From NCBI GenBank assembly GCA_951406725.2, contig OX597815.1, positions 69,378,001 through 69,442,000 on the forward strand: a stretch of 64,000 nt of DNA. The letters run 5' to 3'. The translations under genes and the position numbers were made by a program. The notes beneath the pieces are model-generated. The model was given only the letters and a program-made list of their open reading frames with translations, had not been told where the DNA came from and did not search any database. Shown piece after piece: positions 26,006-40,129 of this stretch (within the stretch, counting starts at the first letter, position 1; each line of letters starts with the position of its first letter). This stretch comes from Octopus vulgaris. Its lineage: Eukaryota.

Positions 26006-26700
26006 GAGAAAAAATAAAATATAATAATAATAATAATAATCGCTCAAAAAACTAGAATATCTACAATTCCTTGTGAGTATTTTAAATTGCCTTGAAAAGA
26101 AGTTGAAAATCTTGCATATCCACAATTTTCTCTGGCCGAACACACAAACGATCAGCTTTTAAAATTTTTGAAACTTTAATACCAACAACTTTCTGTGAAT
26201 ACTTGCCCTTTCCTGAGTATTCGAAAATGTAAACGCTCCTTTTAGCACAAGAACACTACAGTTCCCTCTGGCCGAACACACAAGTGGCAAGTGTCTTCTA
26301 CTATAGCCTCGGGCCGACCAAAACCTTGTGAGTGGATTTAGTAGACGGAAACTGAAAATTTTAAAAAATCTTTAACTACAATTCTCAGTAAAACTTTTGC
26401 TCTTCTTTTCTCCGTGACTACTTGAATATGTAAACGTACCTTTTATTACAACAACATTATTAAACGCACCTTTCATTCCAACAACACTATTAAACGCATG
26501 ACAAAAATTTCCTCCAAAATAAGTTGAAAATCTTACATATCCACAATTTTCTCAGGCCGAACACATTTTAAAAACTTTGAAACTTTAGGAGATAAACAAC
26601 TGCCAATATATACAAACTGCACAATAACGAAAAGTAAACCACGACAAAACCTATACAAAGGCACGAAAAATTCAACGATGTAAATAATATATATATTATA

Positions 26701-27311
26701 TCTCTGAGCGAGGTATAAACAGTAGCTGCACGACATCGTGAAGTATATTTGCCACTTAAATGTGGCTAACCCTTAAGGTTGGATGCTGCTATAGCTTGTA
26801 GCCCCAGGAGGACACCTCCTCCAGCTGGCTATTGACACACTTTCTGTGCCCTATCAGTATTTGCAAAGGGAAGCCATCCTTCCCATCATCAACCTGTATG
26901 ATACACACGGACTCGAGTTTCTTGGTATTGATCCGTCATCATATACTTCACGATGTCGTGCAGCTACTGTTTATACCTCGCTTAGAGATTTATTTTTGCT
27001 TGTTTACATATTTTCCATATCAGTGACTTTTCGTCACTGGAAAAAGGATATATATTTGAAAAGGGAGGCCTACATTTCATTGACAACCGGTGATTGTCAC
27101 GCGCTGATGACGGGTCAATATCTAGAAACTCGAGTCCGTGTGTATCATAAAGGTTGAAGATGGGAAAGATGGCTTCCCTTTGCAAATACTGATAGGGCAC
27201 AGAAAGTGTGTCAATAGCCAGCTGGAGGAGGTGTCTTTCTGGTACTACAAGCTACAGTAACATCCACCCCTATGGGTTAGTTACATTTAAGAAGCAAATA
27301 TACTTCACGAT
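26701..27311. mobile_element. HHR-bearing non-coding element: inverted partial arm plus a ~358-nt unit with terminal redundancy, in TA-rich flanks
   Basis: 26736-26940 is inverted to 27106-27311; 26701-26749 is inverted to 26941-26988; atatacttcacgat occurs at both 26941 and 27298. Confidence 0.8.
27098..27142 (+). ncRNA. Minimal type-I hammerhead ribozyme
   Basis: cacgcg-CTGATGA-c gggt caat atct a-GAAAC-tcga-GTC-cgtgtg; intact core, palindromic stem III, GUC site. Confidence 0.75.
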
Positions 27312-27330
27312 ATATATATATATATATATA

Positions 27331-27390
<60 letters not shown>

Positions 27391-27622
27391 AGCCTATCTA
27401 TATTTTTATCTATCCATCTCGATTGTCAATGGAACCTCACTCCCTAAAAACAAAGACAATGTTCTCTTATTCTAAACACCCCCCGCAAAAAAAACCCATC
27501 TGTTTTATGTAAATGAACAAGCTGTTTTGTACATTTACAAAATTTCATTTGACAAGTTCGTGAAACGAATGAATGTGCTAATAATAATGAAGAAATAAGA
27601 TTTTTTTCCAAAAATTTTTCTC

Positions 27623-27668
<46 letters not shown>

Positions 27669-27685
27669 CATTCACACAGACACAC

Positions 27686-27718
<33 letters not shown>

Positions 27719-27737
27719 TTTATATATGTGTATATAT

Positions 27738-28528
27738 GGATCTTTGTGGTTTTCGTCCCTGTTTACAATTATCTTAAAAAATATCCTTAATGTATCATAA
27801 AGATGTAATTTTTGACGCTGAACCAGAATTTGTTATTCATTTATTCTAGAAAAATTTTGCAAAAATGTTACAGGTGTTCAAAGTTTGATAATTTTCAGAA
27901 TTTTCAGCTAATAAGAAAACAGGGGCGGGGACATCGGTATGTTAAAACATTGCTTGCAATAACTGACAAAACCTTAAAATATATACGAATGAAGTTAACA
28001 TTAAAACATTTGCAAGCAAATTAAATACTTAAAAGCAACGAACAAACAAACCAACAGGAGTTGAATGCTCACCATTGCACACACACACACACATACAGAC
28101 ACACATACACACCTCCCTTTTACATACACACATACTCACACAGAAACGCTCCCGCTACCAGTTTGCCATCACCCCTTCATTATTCTTCTATCACTCATTT
28201 CTTTCTTATCCATATGTTGTGACGGAGAAAAACACAAGAGTATTATTATAGTAAATTATCTTTCTCGTATCTCCTTCTCCTCCTTGTGCGCATGCGCAGC
28301 ATCTTTGGTTACTATGGAAACAGAGTTTTTCGCCATGGTGATGTGTAAAAGCCTCGCTTCTGATTGGCTAAAATACCCAAATTTTGCAAATTTTAAAGGC
28401 TAATAACTTTTTAATTATGGATTTATAGGAAAACTGAATTTCATTTAGCATACAAAACTTAATCCATATAGCAAATTTAAAAACAATTGGAACAAGATTA
28501 TAAACAGTGGCGAAAACCACAAAGATCC
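27738..28528. mobile_element. Non-autonomous TIR element (~790 bp)
   Basis: TIRs ggatctttgtggttttcg..ctgttta / taaacagtggcgaaaaccacaaagatcc; TAT on both flanks. Confidence 0.75.
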
Positions 28529-28568
28529 TATGTGTGTGTGTGTGTGTGTATTATTGTTATTTTTTCTA

Positions 28569-28712
28569 GCAGTGGCTGTGTGGTAAGTTGCTTGGTTCCG
28601 GGTTCAGTCCCACTGCGTGGCACCTTGGGCAAGTGTCCTCTACTGTAGCCTCGGGTCGACCAAAACCTTGTGAGTGGATTTGGTAGACGGAAACTGAAAG
28701 AAGCCCTTCGTA

Positions 28713-28761
<49 letters not shown>

Positions 28762-28958
28762 TTGTGTATCTGTGTTTGTCCCCCCAACATGGCTTGATAA
28801 CCGATGCTGGTGTGTTTACGTCCCCGTAACTTAGCGGTTCGGCAAAAGAAACCGATAGAATAAGCACTAGGCTGCCAAAGAATAAGTCATGGGATCGATT
28901 TGCTCGACTAAAGGCGGTGCTCCAGCATGGCCACAGTCACATGACTGAAACAAGTAAA
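28569..28958 (+). mobile_element. SINE family A
   Basis: Full motif set with internal (TA)n. Confidence 0.85.
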
Positions 28959-29189
28959 AATTTGTAATTAAAACAGAACAAGGTGAATTGGTCCTTTTCA
29001 GGACCAAGGTCAGACCTCTCATTGGTCGCTTGTTGTAGTAAACACATTTGACCTCTGCTGACCGCAAGGGTGTGACGCTTCTTTTGCTTCCTGTGCAATG
29101 TACACAAACAGCCTGCATAGATGGAAAAAATAAACGGGAAAATAATCCAACTAAGATATATCTTTTCTACTTGAAGCAAGCAAAGGGAA

Positions 29190-30980
29190 AACTAATAAAT
29201 CCAACAAACTAGTAAGAATAATTGCTAAACATGACACTTACAAGAAAACAAAGGATATACAGATTGAAATCCTCAAACAAAAACTACAATTAATAAACAA
29301 ACGACTGGCAAGATACAGAAAAAAAACAAAAAAAAAACGCTCAGCGTTCCATAGAAAAAACATACTATTCAAGGAGAGCATAAAAAAATTGTACAGGGAA
29401 CTGCGGAAAAATAACCTTATTGGGAAAACACCTCCTCCCCAGCTGCAAACTGAAGATTTTTGGAAAAACATTTGAAGTAATCCAAAGGAGTTTAGTCAGA
29501 ACGCATATTGGGTCAGGGACATAGGAGAGGCCAATGCCCACCTCAAATATCAAGAATGACAGGATATGACAACTGAAGAAGTGAAAGCAGCGCGCGTCAA
29601 GTCAAAGAAATGGAAATCACCAGGTATAGATAAGATAACACAGTTTTGGCTAAACTCTTTAATGAGCACAAACCACAACTTAGTCGTAGCACTCAATGAA
29701 GTCATGTCAAACCCTGCGAAAGCCCCAAAATGGCTTACGGAAGGGATTACATATCTCTTACCAAAAACAGAAGACACTACTAACCCACCAAAATACCGAC
29801 CCATAACATGCCTCACTACCATATATAAACTATTAACATCTATGATCGTGAATAGAGCATATGAATCCTCGGACAATAGGAAGCTATTCCCAGTGGAACA
29901 AAAGAGATGTAAAATGAGTTCATATGGATGTAAGGACCAATTACTGATTGATAAAATGAACATTGAAAATTGCAAATCTAAACGCAGAAACCTTAGCACT
30001 GCTTGGATAGATTACAAGAAGGCTTTAGACAATGCCCGACCCCCACCATGCATGTATCACCAAGGCCCTGGAAATTTACAAGATAGCTCCAACAATAGTG
30101 AACTTTTTAAAAGTAATCATGAATTCGTGGAGAACAACCCTCATTTTAAACCATATATAAGAATATACCACCTCACCAGACATCAATGTCGCCTGTGGTT
30201 ACTTTCAAGGTGACTCATTATCACCATTACTATTCTGCCTCACTCTGTTCCCTTTATCCACGTAACTGAATAATGCTAAGAGAGGGTATAAAATCTTTGA
30301 CCAGAAAATTAATCATCTACTCTATATGGATGATCTAAAACTGTTTGCCAAAAGCGACAAATAATTAGAAGAGCTCCTGAATATTGTCAAAGAATTTAGC
30401 TCTGATATAGGTATGGAATTAGGACTTGATAAGTGTGTAAAGGCTATTTTCAAGGCAGGGAAGTTCATAAAGGCAGAAAACATAGAACTTGATACTACCA
30501 CAGCTATTCGAAACCTAGACCAATCCGAAGTATACAAATATCTGGGAACCAATGAAAGTGATGGTAACCAGCACTCTAAAATGAAAGAGAAAATCCGCAA
30601 GGGATGCTATACCGAAGAGTAAGAATGGTCCCAAACTCAGAATTAAATGCTGCTAACAGAATTTATGCGATCAATTCTTTGGCCATATCAGTAATCACAT
30701 ATAGCTTCGGTATCATCAAGTGGAGTCTCACTGACATGCAGAATATAGATGGAAAGATCCGTAAAATCTTTACAAGGTACCGAACGCACTATTCAAAATC
30801 AGATGTAGATAGGATTTATCTCACAAGAAAAATAGGTGGAATCTCGAACAATCTTTCAAATCAGCAATAATAGATCTTGAAATGTACCTTAATACAACAA
30901 GCGATGCTGCACCGAAGCATGAAGATTCCAAGCATGCTTCAGTCATGAAGCTTAGTCAGAAATTTAAAAAGTCTCTTGGC
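29190..30980 (+). mobile_element. R4/Dong-like non-LTR retrotransposon, RT pseudogene
   Basis: WKSPGID, YRPITCL, GCKDQLLID, AWIDYKKA, FQGDSLSP, LYMDDLKL, YKYLG; frameshifted. Confidence 0.85.
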
Positions 30981-32585
30981 CTACAAGTTAACGAAGTATA
31001 GAGAAGGGCAGAGAGAGCAGGAGATGCAGTAGATGATATTAGTAGAAGTGCAGGTGAAGGAGTCGGTGATGTGATAGGGTCGATGATGGGTGCCGGTGGG
31101 GAGGGTGGTGTTGAAGAAGTAAAGGTAAGTGCAGCAGCGTGGGCGGGAGCAGGGGAATGAGCAGGGTTGGGAGGTTGGATTAGGGAAGAAGCTGTGGACC
31201 AAGAGGTCTCGTAGGTTGTAGGCTCGTTTGAAGGAGGGGAGTGGTCGGACTGGAGTCGCCGGAAGGCTCGGAGAATGGTGCGATGGAGAGGTAGGGTGGT
31301 GGGTTGGTAGGTGAGGGGAAATAGGAGGCGGGAGACGGCGGTGCGGGTTCGGGGGAGAGAGCAGATGCACGGCCGGTGTGGATAGTGGTGAGGGGATATC
31401 CACGTAGGATGAAGTGGCGAGCCATGAGTTGAGACTGAGTCTTAGTCATGGTCGTCACTACAGAGCCTGCGTAGACGAAGGAATTGGGAATAGGGGATGA
31501 AAAGCTTGGTGTGTTTAGGGTGGGAGGAAGAGAAGTTGAGGTATGAGTGTGAGTTTGTTTGTTTGTAGTGGATGGAGGTGGTGAGAGTGGAGTGATGAAT
31601 GCTGACCGAAATGTCAAGAAAGGAGACAGAGGTGTCTCCTTTCTAGTACAGGAGAAGTAGAGGGCAGGATGGAAAGATTTGACAAAAGAGAGGAAGGTAT
31701 CTAGATGTTCGCCTGAGAGTGAGGTGGCACCGATACAGTCGTCAATATAACGGCCGTATAGTTCGGGAGTGGGACCAGTGAAACTTGAGAATATTTGAGC
31801 CTCAACGTAGCCAACGAACAGGTTCGCATAGTTGGGGCCCATTCTCGTTCCCATGGCCACTCCCAAGAACAGCTGGTAGAAATCACCCGCGAGCGAGAAG
31901 CAGTTGAGTGAGAGGACAAGTTCAACCAGACGAACGAGTGTGGATGTGTCAGGTTGGAGGTTGGGTCGAAGGTCAAGGAAATGTTGGTGTGCATACAGCC
32001 CCTCGTGGTGAGGGATCACCGTGTAGAGGCTCTCGATGCCGAGGGTGAAGAAAAGTTTAGAGGAGCCAGGAGGGAAGGAGAAAGAGTTGAACAAACGAAG
32101 CGCGTGGTTGGTGTCATGGATGTGAGAGGGGAGGGAAGTCACTAGGGAGGCAAGGACACGGTCAAGATACCTGGAGATGAGTTCGGTGGGGCAGTTTCAG
32201 GCGGAGACGATGGGGAGGCCCGGGGTTGTTAGGCTTGTGGGTTTTGGGGAGGAAATAAATGGTGGGGTGCGAGGGGTGCGGACAATGAGGTTGGAGGCGA
32301 TGGGGAGGGGAAACGGGAGGAGGAGATGAGGTCATAGATAGTGGAGGACACAGTCTGTTGGTAGCTGTGCGTGGGGTCAGAGGGCAGAGGGCAGTTGAAG
32401 GGGGTTTCTTGAAGTTGGCGGAAAGCTTCGGCCTTGTAGAGGTCCGCGCGTTACACCACCACGGCTCCACCCTTGTCAGCCGGTTTTATAATGATGTCAG
32501 TACGGTGTCGGAGACATCGAAGGGCCGAGAGTTCGGCTGGGGAGATGTTTAGATGACGGGGACGCCTGGAAAAGTTAAACCAGTC
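30981..32585 (-). mobile_element. Penelope-like element remnant (Neptune-like), GC-rich
   Basis: [72 protein letters not shown]; truncated inside GIY-YIG. Confidence 0.85.
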
Positions 32586-32588
32586 CAC

Positions 32589-32716
<128 letters not shown>

Positions 32717-33149
32717 AATGTATTAGTGTTTTTTCAGTGCTTACAAATAACACGGAAAAAATAAATAAACTGTTACCAGGGTAGCAAAAAATCACATTAC
32801 ACAAGTAACAAGGATGTAACAACCTATTTATAAAGGTAGAAACTCCGGGTTAAGGTGAAATGTTTTGTATAATATAGATAAATAAATGAATGGAGTTAAA
32901 CGCAGGTGTTAATCAAATTCTTTTACTTCTGATATGAGGGTGGAATCCTATGTTACTGGAGTTTAGATCACAAGAGGTCAATAAAAAAAAATCGGTTGAG
33001 GAATTATCATAATAGTTATGACATGCTACTATTCTTCCGGAACAGTTATAAGATAAGTCCACATTATTGGAATTAGATAGTAAGTAAAACTGGTAATCGC
33101 AGGTAGAATCCGAAGCTGGATGCGGAGAAAGAAAAAGGTATGCAAATAG

Positions 33150-33252
33150 TCTCTTACAGCTGTTTCTAGAATAGATACGCAGATTGTCTATTTCACAGCT
33201 CGCGATCGGCAGCCAGCATTATGGTTGCGATCTCTTCCATCATCGGATGAAG
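33150..33252 (-). ncRNA. Degenerate hammerhead motif with extended stem II
   Basis: CCGATGA-tggaa...ttcta-GAAAC-agct-GTA; stem I pairs poorly. Confidence 0.4.
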
Positions 33253-33614
33253 GAAATAAAGATATACTTGTAGATGTACAGAAGTGAGCCTAAAGGAAAA
33301 GAGGCAGAGAATATAAGGTCATAAAAAGCAGATAGAATTTAACAAACATAATGAGGGGTAGATGTATACAGTTCAAAAGTTTTAGAAAGATATGTAGAAA
33401 GAAGTGGCCAATACTGGTATGGGTTGGTAGGAGGGATGCAAAGTGGGATGGTGTCAAGGAGACCATGTGTAGAAGGAAAATAGTATATGGGGCAAATAAA
33501 TTAGAATTATCAATAAGCTAGACTAACCTGGGGGAAGTATTACGTGGTGAGTGGGCCTAGAGTTTCAGAGTAGGGGAGAAGGTACAAGATAAAATATATT
33601 CATATGTATGTATG

Positions 33615-33945
33615 AAGGCGCATGGCTCAGTATGCCGGGCTCACAATCATGAGGTAGTGAGTTCGATTCGCGGACCGGGTTGTGTATTGTGTTTTGAGCA
33701 AGACACTATTTCACGTTGCTCCAGTTCACTCAGCTACAGAAATGAGTTGCGGCGTCACTAGTGCCAAGCTGAATCGGACTTTGCTTTTCCCTTGGATAGC
33801 ATCGGTGGCGTGGAGAGGGGAGGCTGGTATGCATGACCGACTGCAGATCTTCCATAAACAACCTTGCCCGGACTTGTGCCTCGGAGAGTAACTTTCTAGG
33901 TACAATCCTATGGTCATTCACGACCGAAGGGTCTCTTTACCTTTG
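33615..33945 (+). mobile_element. SINE family C (tRNA-derived)
   Basis: ggcgcatggctcagt...gagttcgattc...ttgagcaagacactatttcacgttgctccagttcactcagct. Confidence 0.75.
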
Positions 33946-33962
33946 ATCCTTTTGTATATGTA

Positions 33963-34008
<46 letters not shown>

Positions 34009-34142
34009 TGTGCATGTGTAGGTATGTGTAGGTATGTGTGTGTGTGTGAGTGTGTGTAAGCACACACACATATACATATATATATATATAGATAGATACA
34101 CACATATACACATACATATGTGTGTGTGTGAAATATATTATA

Positions 34143-34610
34143 TACTGCATTTGATGGCAGAAAAGATGTACCGGCACATTAGACGCACCCCAATTTCAGC
34201 AGTGCATAGTCTAAGCATATTCTGCAAAAAAAAAAAAAGAAGTTAATGCATTGAAGCGCAAAATAAGCTTATGAGAGGCCCAACTTCGCCTATAGTACCC
34301 GTGTGAGATTTTTTGTTTTTGTTTTTGAGACATTTGATGGGAGAAAAGTGTTTTATATGCCAACGATTACGGTAATATATTTGTATGTATATTATACGTG
34401 TAATATGCATGATAGCTGATGGCATTAAAAATGCATGCGTACGTTAGACACACCCCAATTTCAGTAGCACAAATTCAGGAAAAAAAGATTTTGCGCATTA
34501 AAATCTGTAATATAAGCACGATTTCACATATGGAAGTCGTGGTCATTTTTTTGAGACACAATTTAAGGAAAAAATAAGTACATCTTTATCTGCCATAAAA
34601 TAATGCAATT
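34143..34610. mobile_element. Tc1/mariner-type MITE
   Basis: Imperfect TIRs tgcatttgatggcagaaaagatgtac / gtacatctttatctgccataaaataatgca; internal repeat ttagac.caccccaatttcag. Confidence 0.6.
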
Positions 34611-35036
34611 CACTTGGTTGAAGAATTGAATACTTATCGTAGTGAGCGATGGATATCCATAAAAAAAAGAAAATAAATATTCAATCCTGGTAAATGTTTG
34701 TTTTGTGTTCAGTGAAGTGCGTGTGCGCATGCGCGTTGTGCGCGCGCGCGTATTTGTTAGGTTTGTTATTTAGTGAATATTTGTAAAAATTAAGAATTCG
34801 TAAGAAAGAAATTTATTCGTAATTCGTAGGCGCCATATTTCTCTCGAATTGTTGTCAATAATTGGTGCATTTATGTGTGTGTGTATATATGTATGTATAC
34901 ATGAATGTATACTCACACATAATTATAAGTATATATATATATATATATATATATGCATGAACATACAAAAGATAATATAAATACATTCATTGATTATATT
35001 TTATAGCGTTTATAGGTACTTGTTTCTATAAACTGG

Positions 35037-35270
<234 letters not shown>

Positions 35271-36829
35271 TATTCTATAAATATTTATAAAATGTTTAAT
35301 TTTCAGAACATCTTGCTTTAATTATTCCTGATTCCATCTCCACCGACCCTTAGATGCAGAACTTCGATTTTATTTACTTGTAAAATTTGTAACGTAAATG
35401 TATTAATCACCATTATGTTCCAGCATGGTCGCAGTCTAATGACTGATACAAATAAATGAATGAATGTGTGTATGTACGTGTGTATTTATTTAAAAAAATG
35501 GTGTAGCTGTCTGGTAAGAAATTTGCTTCCCAACCACACGATTTAGGGTTCTGTCCCACCCCTGTGCACATGCACACACACGCACACGCATACGCGCACA
35601 CACATACACACGCACGCGCGCGCGACAGGTTTCTTTCAGTTCTTGTCTACTAAATCCACTTAGAAAGCTTTTGTCTGCTGTTTTGGGTGGGTGGGAGAAC
35701 TGAACCCGGAGGTGAAAAGCAATTGTCTTATGTAATACGTATATGTATGTAAATTTATATCTACGTGTTTGTGTGTGTCCACTTGTGCGTACGCGCGCGC
35801 ATGTGTGTGTTCGCATGCGCAGGCATGACCATATAATTAAGAAATTCGCTTTTCTTCTGAGCCGATTCAGATTCAGTTCTACAGCCTGTTGCAATGGACA
35901 TTATTGCCAAGTGGTTGCGTAGTAAGTTTGGCACACACCATAAAACTCATAGAGCAGACCCATCCAAGCCGAGCGATTTGTTCCCTGTGCAACTGTTCAC
36001 TATCATTCTCATTTCAGTTGCTCTTCGCAATGCCTTGCATCATCTGCTGACAACCGTGACAGGCCGTTGAAGTAAGCACTAGAGTCCAAAACCATCTCTG
36101 ACTTATCGCTTGCTCCGAACAGTCAAGAGAAGTGCAGCTGGAACGCCACGTACATCTGCTTAGAACCGAGTAGACGAAGATCGTCTCTATCTTGACTCCA
36201 CTGAACAGCAAGGACTAACCCCCCCCCAAAAAAAAACAGCAGAATTAATATTGCTATAATACGCAACGTCCATTAAATTGGCAGCTGAGAATGATATTGG
36301 TGTCTTTAAGTCTTGTGTTGCTTAAGAGAAAGAAATGACTTATTTCTTACTCTGACGGTCATTATTCTACTATTTCAGTTTTCTAATTATGGAGCATTTT
36401 AAGAGAGTTTCATTTCTCTTTCTAATGTGTTTCAAATTTTGGTGTGTGTGTATGTGTGTGGGTGAAGTGTATGTATAGCTGTATGTATGTGTGTAGATGG
36501 TGGTGTATGTATGGCTGTGTGTGTATGTGTCTCTTGCCTTTTATTTCCCTTTCCTTCGTTTTATCTTTCTGAATTCTGCCTGGAAAGCGCTGTCACTCCA
36601 AGATAATTTTTGAGATCTTTAGTTATCTGAAATGGTTGACGTATGCATATATATGAGTGTTTCCGGATAAAAGTGCATTCGTGTAGTGGGTGTGCGTGTC
36701 GCGTTAGCAAACAAGCGTGCATACTCCATAACTGTTTATGCATATGTGCATATGTATTCCATATGTATTTGTGATTGTGTGCTGTTAGTCATCCAAGAAC
36801 CTGAAAAAGAAAATACCTGTAAAGTTTTA

Positions 36830-37550
36830 CAAATTTTCACAGTTCTTCAAATCGATGGTATCTGGAAAAAGCGAATCAGCTTGTTCTGCTCTTTTTTCTT
36901 GAACCCATTTCTATGTAGGTCAGTTGTTACGTAACCAGTGCACCCATGGCAATAGGAACATCTGAAGCCTGGATATAAGAGCTGTATGTTTCTCATTAGT
37001 TCTCTATAGATGTTCTCATTTACCTCAATTTTTGACGAGATGTTCACATCGGCCGAATAGCTGATACCTACAACAGTGTACGATTTTTGTTCCTTGTCCT
37101 ATGCAACAATATCTGGTCTGTAATGCTTACATTGGTTTACGGTTGTTATTAGAATGTTCTAGCAGTGTTACATACTTTTAAAGGTGTGAAGACTTTCTGG
37201 TTCTGGTATCCCTTTGGTATGGCCATCAAAGCAATCTTTTGGGCGTTGTCGACTGTCTTAGCAACAATTGGAAAGAAACAAATACTCTTGCACACATGTT
37301 GATGATATGAATCATATCTTCCGCATTGCTATGGCACAAACGACACTCTCTATCGCAGTGTGGAGGTCTAGGGTCATCTTTATAAATTTCTTTTTTCGTT
37401 TATCAGGAAAAATGTCTCCTGTTCTCAAATAGCAAAAGCATAGCATTTTAGGTGAGATGCGATGTATTTATCGCAGGTTCATGGGAGGCTGTTAATCCTG
37501 TTAATATCGTTGGTATTCTCTAGTTTGCGGAATATGTACTCAAGTTTCAC
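36830..37550 (-). mobile_element. Decayed 3' fragment of an RLE-type non-LTR element
   Basis: Remnant C-terminal motifs (..ENIYRELMRNIQLLYPGF); heavily degraded. Confidence 0.5.
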
Positions 37551-37568
37551 TGTCTGCTGGAATGATGA

Positions 37569-37599
<31 letters not shown>

Positions 37600-37672
37600 T
37601 GTATGTATGTATGTATGTATGTATGTATGTATGTATGTATGTATGTATGTATGTGTGCATGCATGCATTATG

Positions 37673-37706
<34 letters not shown>

Positions 37707-37771
37707 TGTATGTATGTATGTATGTATGTTTATATGTATTTATGTATGTGTATGTGTGCGCGCGCGTGTGT

Positions 37772-37990
37772 GGAGATGCATGGCTTAGCGGTTAGGGTGT
37801 TGGACTTACGGTCGTAAGATTGTAGTTTCCATTCCTGGACCGGGCAATGCGCTGTGTTCTTGAACAAAACATTTCATTTCACGTTGCTCCAGTCCACTCA
37901 GCTGGTAAAAATGAGTAATCCTGTGACGGACAAGCGTTCCCTGCAGAGGGGAGTATATACGCAGAGAAACTGGGAAACCGACTCTATGAT
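37772..37990 (+). mobile_element. SINE family C
   Basis: gcatggcttagcggttagg...tttcacgttgctccagtccactcagctgg. Confidence 0.75.
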
Positions 37991-38033
37991 CTTTATAGAG
38001 TAATGTGGACTTACCATATATATATATATAAAT

Positions 38034-38224
38034 AAAATTATAATTTAGGGTATCTAAGAGATACCTCCACGCTGGAAATAGCAGCCAAAACTTGTCTCTA
38101 AAACCACATTAAATGTTCATACAACACCAGGTACGGTATGAACATTTAATGTGGTTTTAGAGTCAAGTTTTGGCTGCTATTTCCAGCGTGGAGGTAACTC
38201 TTAGATACCCCAAATTATAATTTT
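38034..38224. repeat. Near-perfect 89-bp inverted repeat with 13-nt loop
   Basis: 38034-38122 versus 38136-38224 with about 3 mismatches; (TA)n nearby. Confidence 0.9.
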
Positions 38225-38332
38225 AATAATAATTATTACCTTTGAAGGTTTTTATTCTCATGCTGGTCATTTGATAAGATTGATAATTAAATTAACGATC
38301 TTATCCTTATTTATATAAATTTCGTAAACTCT

Positions 38333-38393
<61 letters not shown>

Positions 38394-38435
38394 AACATTT
38401 TGTATTTTATATGTATATATATATATATTATATTT

Positions 38436-38482
<47 letters not shown>

Positions 38483-38485
<3 letters not shown>

Positions 38486-39280
38486 TGGCGACTCCGGCAC
38501 TTGGGCTGTTCGGGCTTATCCCGAGTACAAATTTAGTAAAGTGAACGTGTATTTGCAAGCTGTTTAATTTCTGCCAGCATTGACCTCAAGTGTGTAATTG
38601 CAGCTCATAACTCGGGCGCCTTTTATTGAGCTTGGTCGCAGTTCATTTATTTTCGTTCTGCGTCTGGCGGTCGTCTTTGAGGTGCCCGGTGTCAAAAAAT
38701 ATATCATTCGCAGCAGACGTTCACTCGTCATCGTTCACATGCGCCTGACTCAGGCTCTGAAGTTACATCCCGAGTTGTTATTTATAACCGTAAAAATTAA
38801 AAGTAATTCAAATTCAATATTTTCTTGAAACAATAAATAGAGATTAAGATTTAAATTCCAATCTATGAAAAGTTGCCGTTCTACAATATTCTTAAAGGAA
38901 AAATTAACCAGCATCTCAGGCTAATACGAACGAGCTTTGTAGGTATAAAAGACTAACTGGCATCTCTTGCCAAGAGTACAGGCGACTGTCAGATCGCTGA
39001 TGTTTGTTGTGCACTCCGCTGACGTTATTTGATTGCTCTTATTCTGTGCGTTTGGGTGTAAAGATCAGTTGTGTTTTGCAGGGTTGCTTAATTTTTACCC
39101 ATAACTTATAAATGAAGAAAGACATAGTGCTTTATAAAAAAAAAAGCCATTTGGGGCTAGAAATCTTGCGAGTAAATGTGAAATTCTTCGAGCAGGTATA
39201 TGTCACATGCGAAATCTATGAAGAGCCTGAGTGACGAAATCTGTGATGAGCCCGACGCTGATGTCCTGGAGTCACCTCTG
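38483..39280. mobile_element. Non-autonomous hAT-like element
   Basis: TIRs cagtggcgactcc / ggagtcacctctg; flanks atatatat / atatatgt. Confidence 0.6.
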
Positions 39281-39292
39281 ATATATGTATAA

Positions 39293-39690
<398 letters not shown>

Positions 39691-40129
39691 AAAGTTGTTC
39701 AAACTGCACGGTATGTAGGACAACTCATGACAGGTATAAAGTGATAAAGATTTAATTTTGAAAGGAATTTTGCGTGTGTGTGGTGTGTGTGTATGTGTGT
39801 GTGTGCGTGTGTGTGCGATGTGTATTTGCGTGTGTGGTGTGTGTATGCGTATGTGTGTTTGTGCGTGTGTGGTGAGTGCGGTTATTTTATTCTTGCCTTT
39901 TTTTTCAAAATTAAATCTTTACCACTTTATACCTGTTAAGAGTTGTCCTATATATCAGTAGTTCTAGATATCAATTGTCCAAGTATGAGTTGTCTGATAT
40001 GAGTTATCCGGGAATAATTTGTCCTGGGATCAGTTGCCTTGGCAACTGCATATGCTGGTTGAGTAACTCTTCTTCCCGAATAACTCTTCTTTCTGCCCTT
40101 CTTCCACTGCATGCAAATAATGGGTCCGA

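Noticed and set aside
26095-26590. Local direct repeats (aagttgaaaatctt.catatccacaattttctc.ggccgaacac)
   Set aside because: Short and degenerate, with no HHR or terminal structure; likely a local duplication
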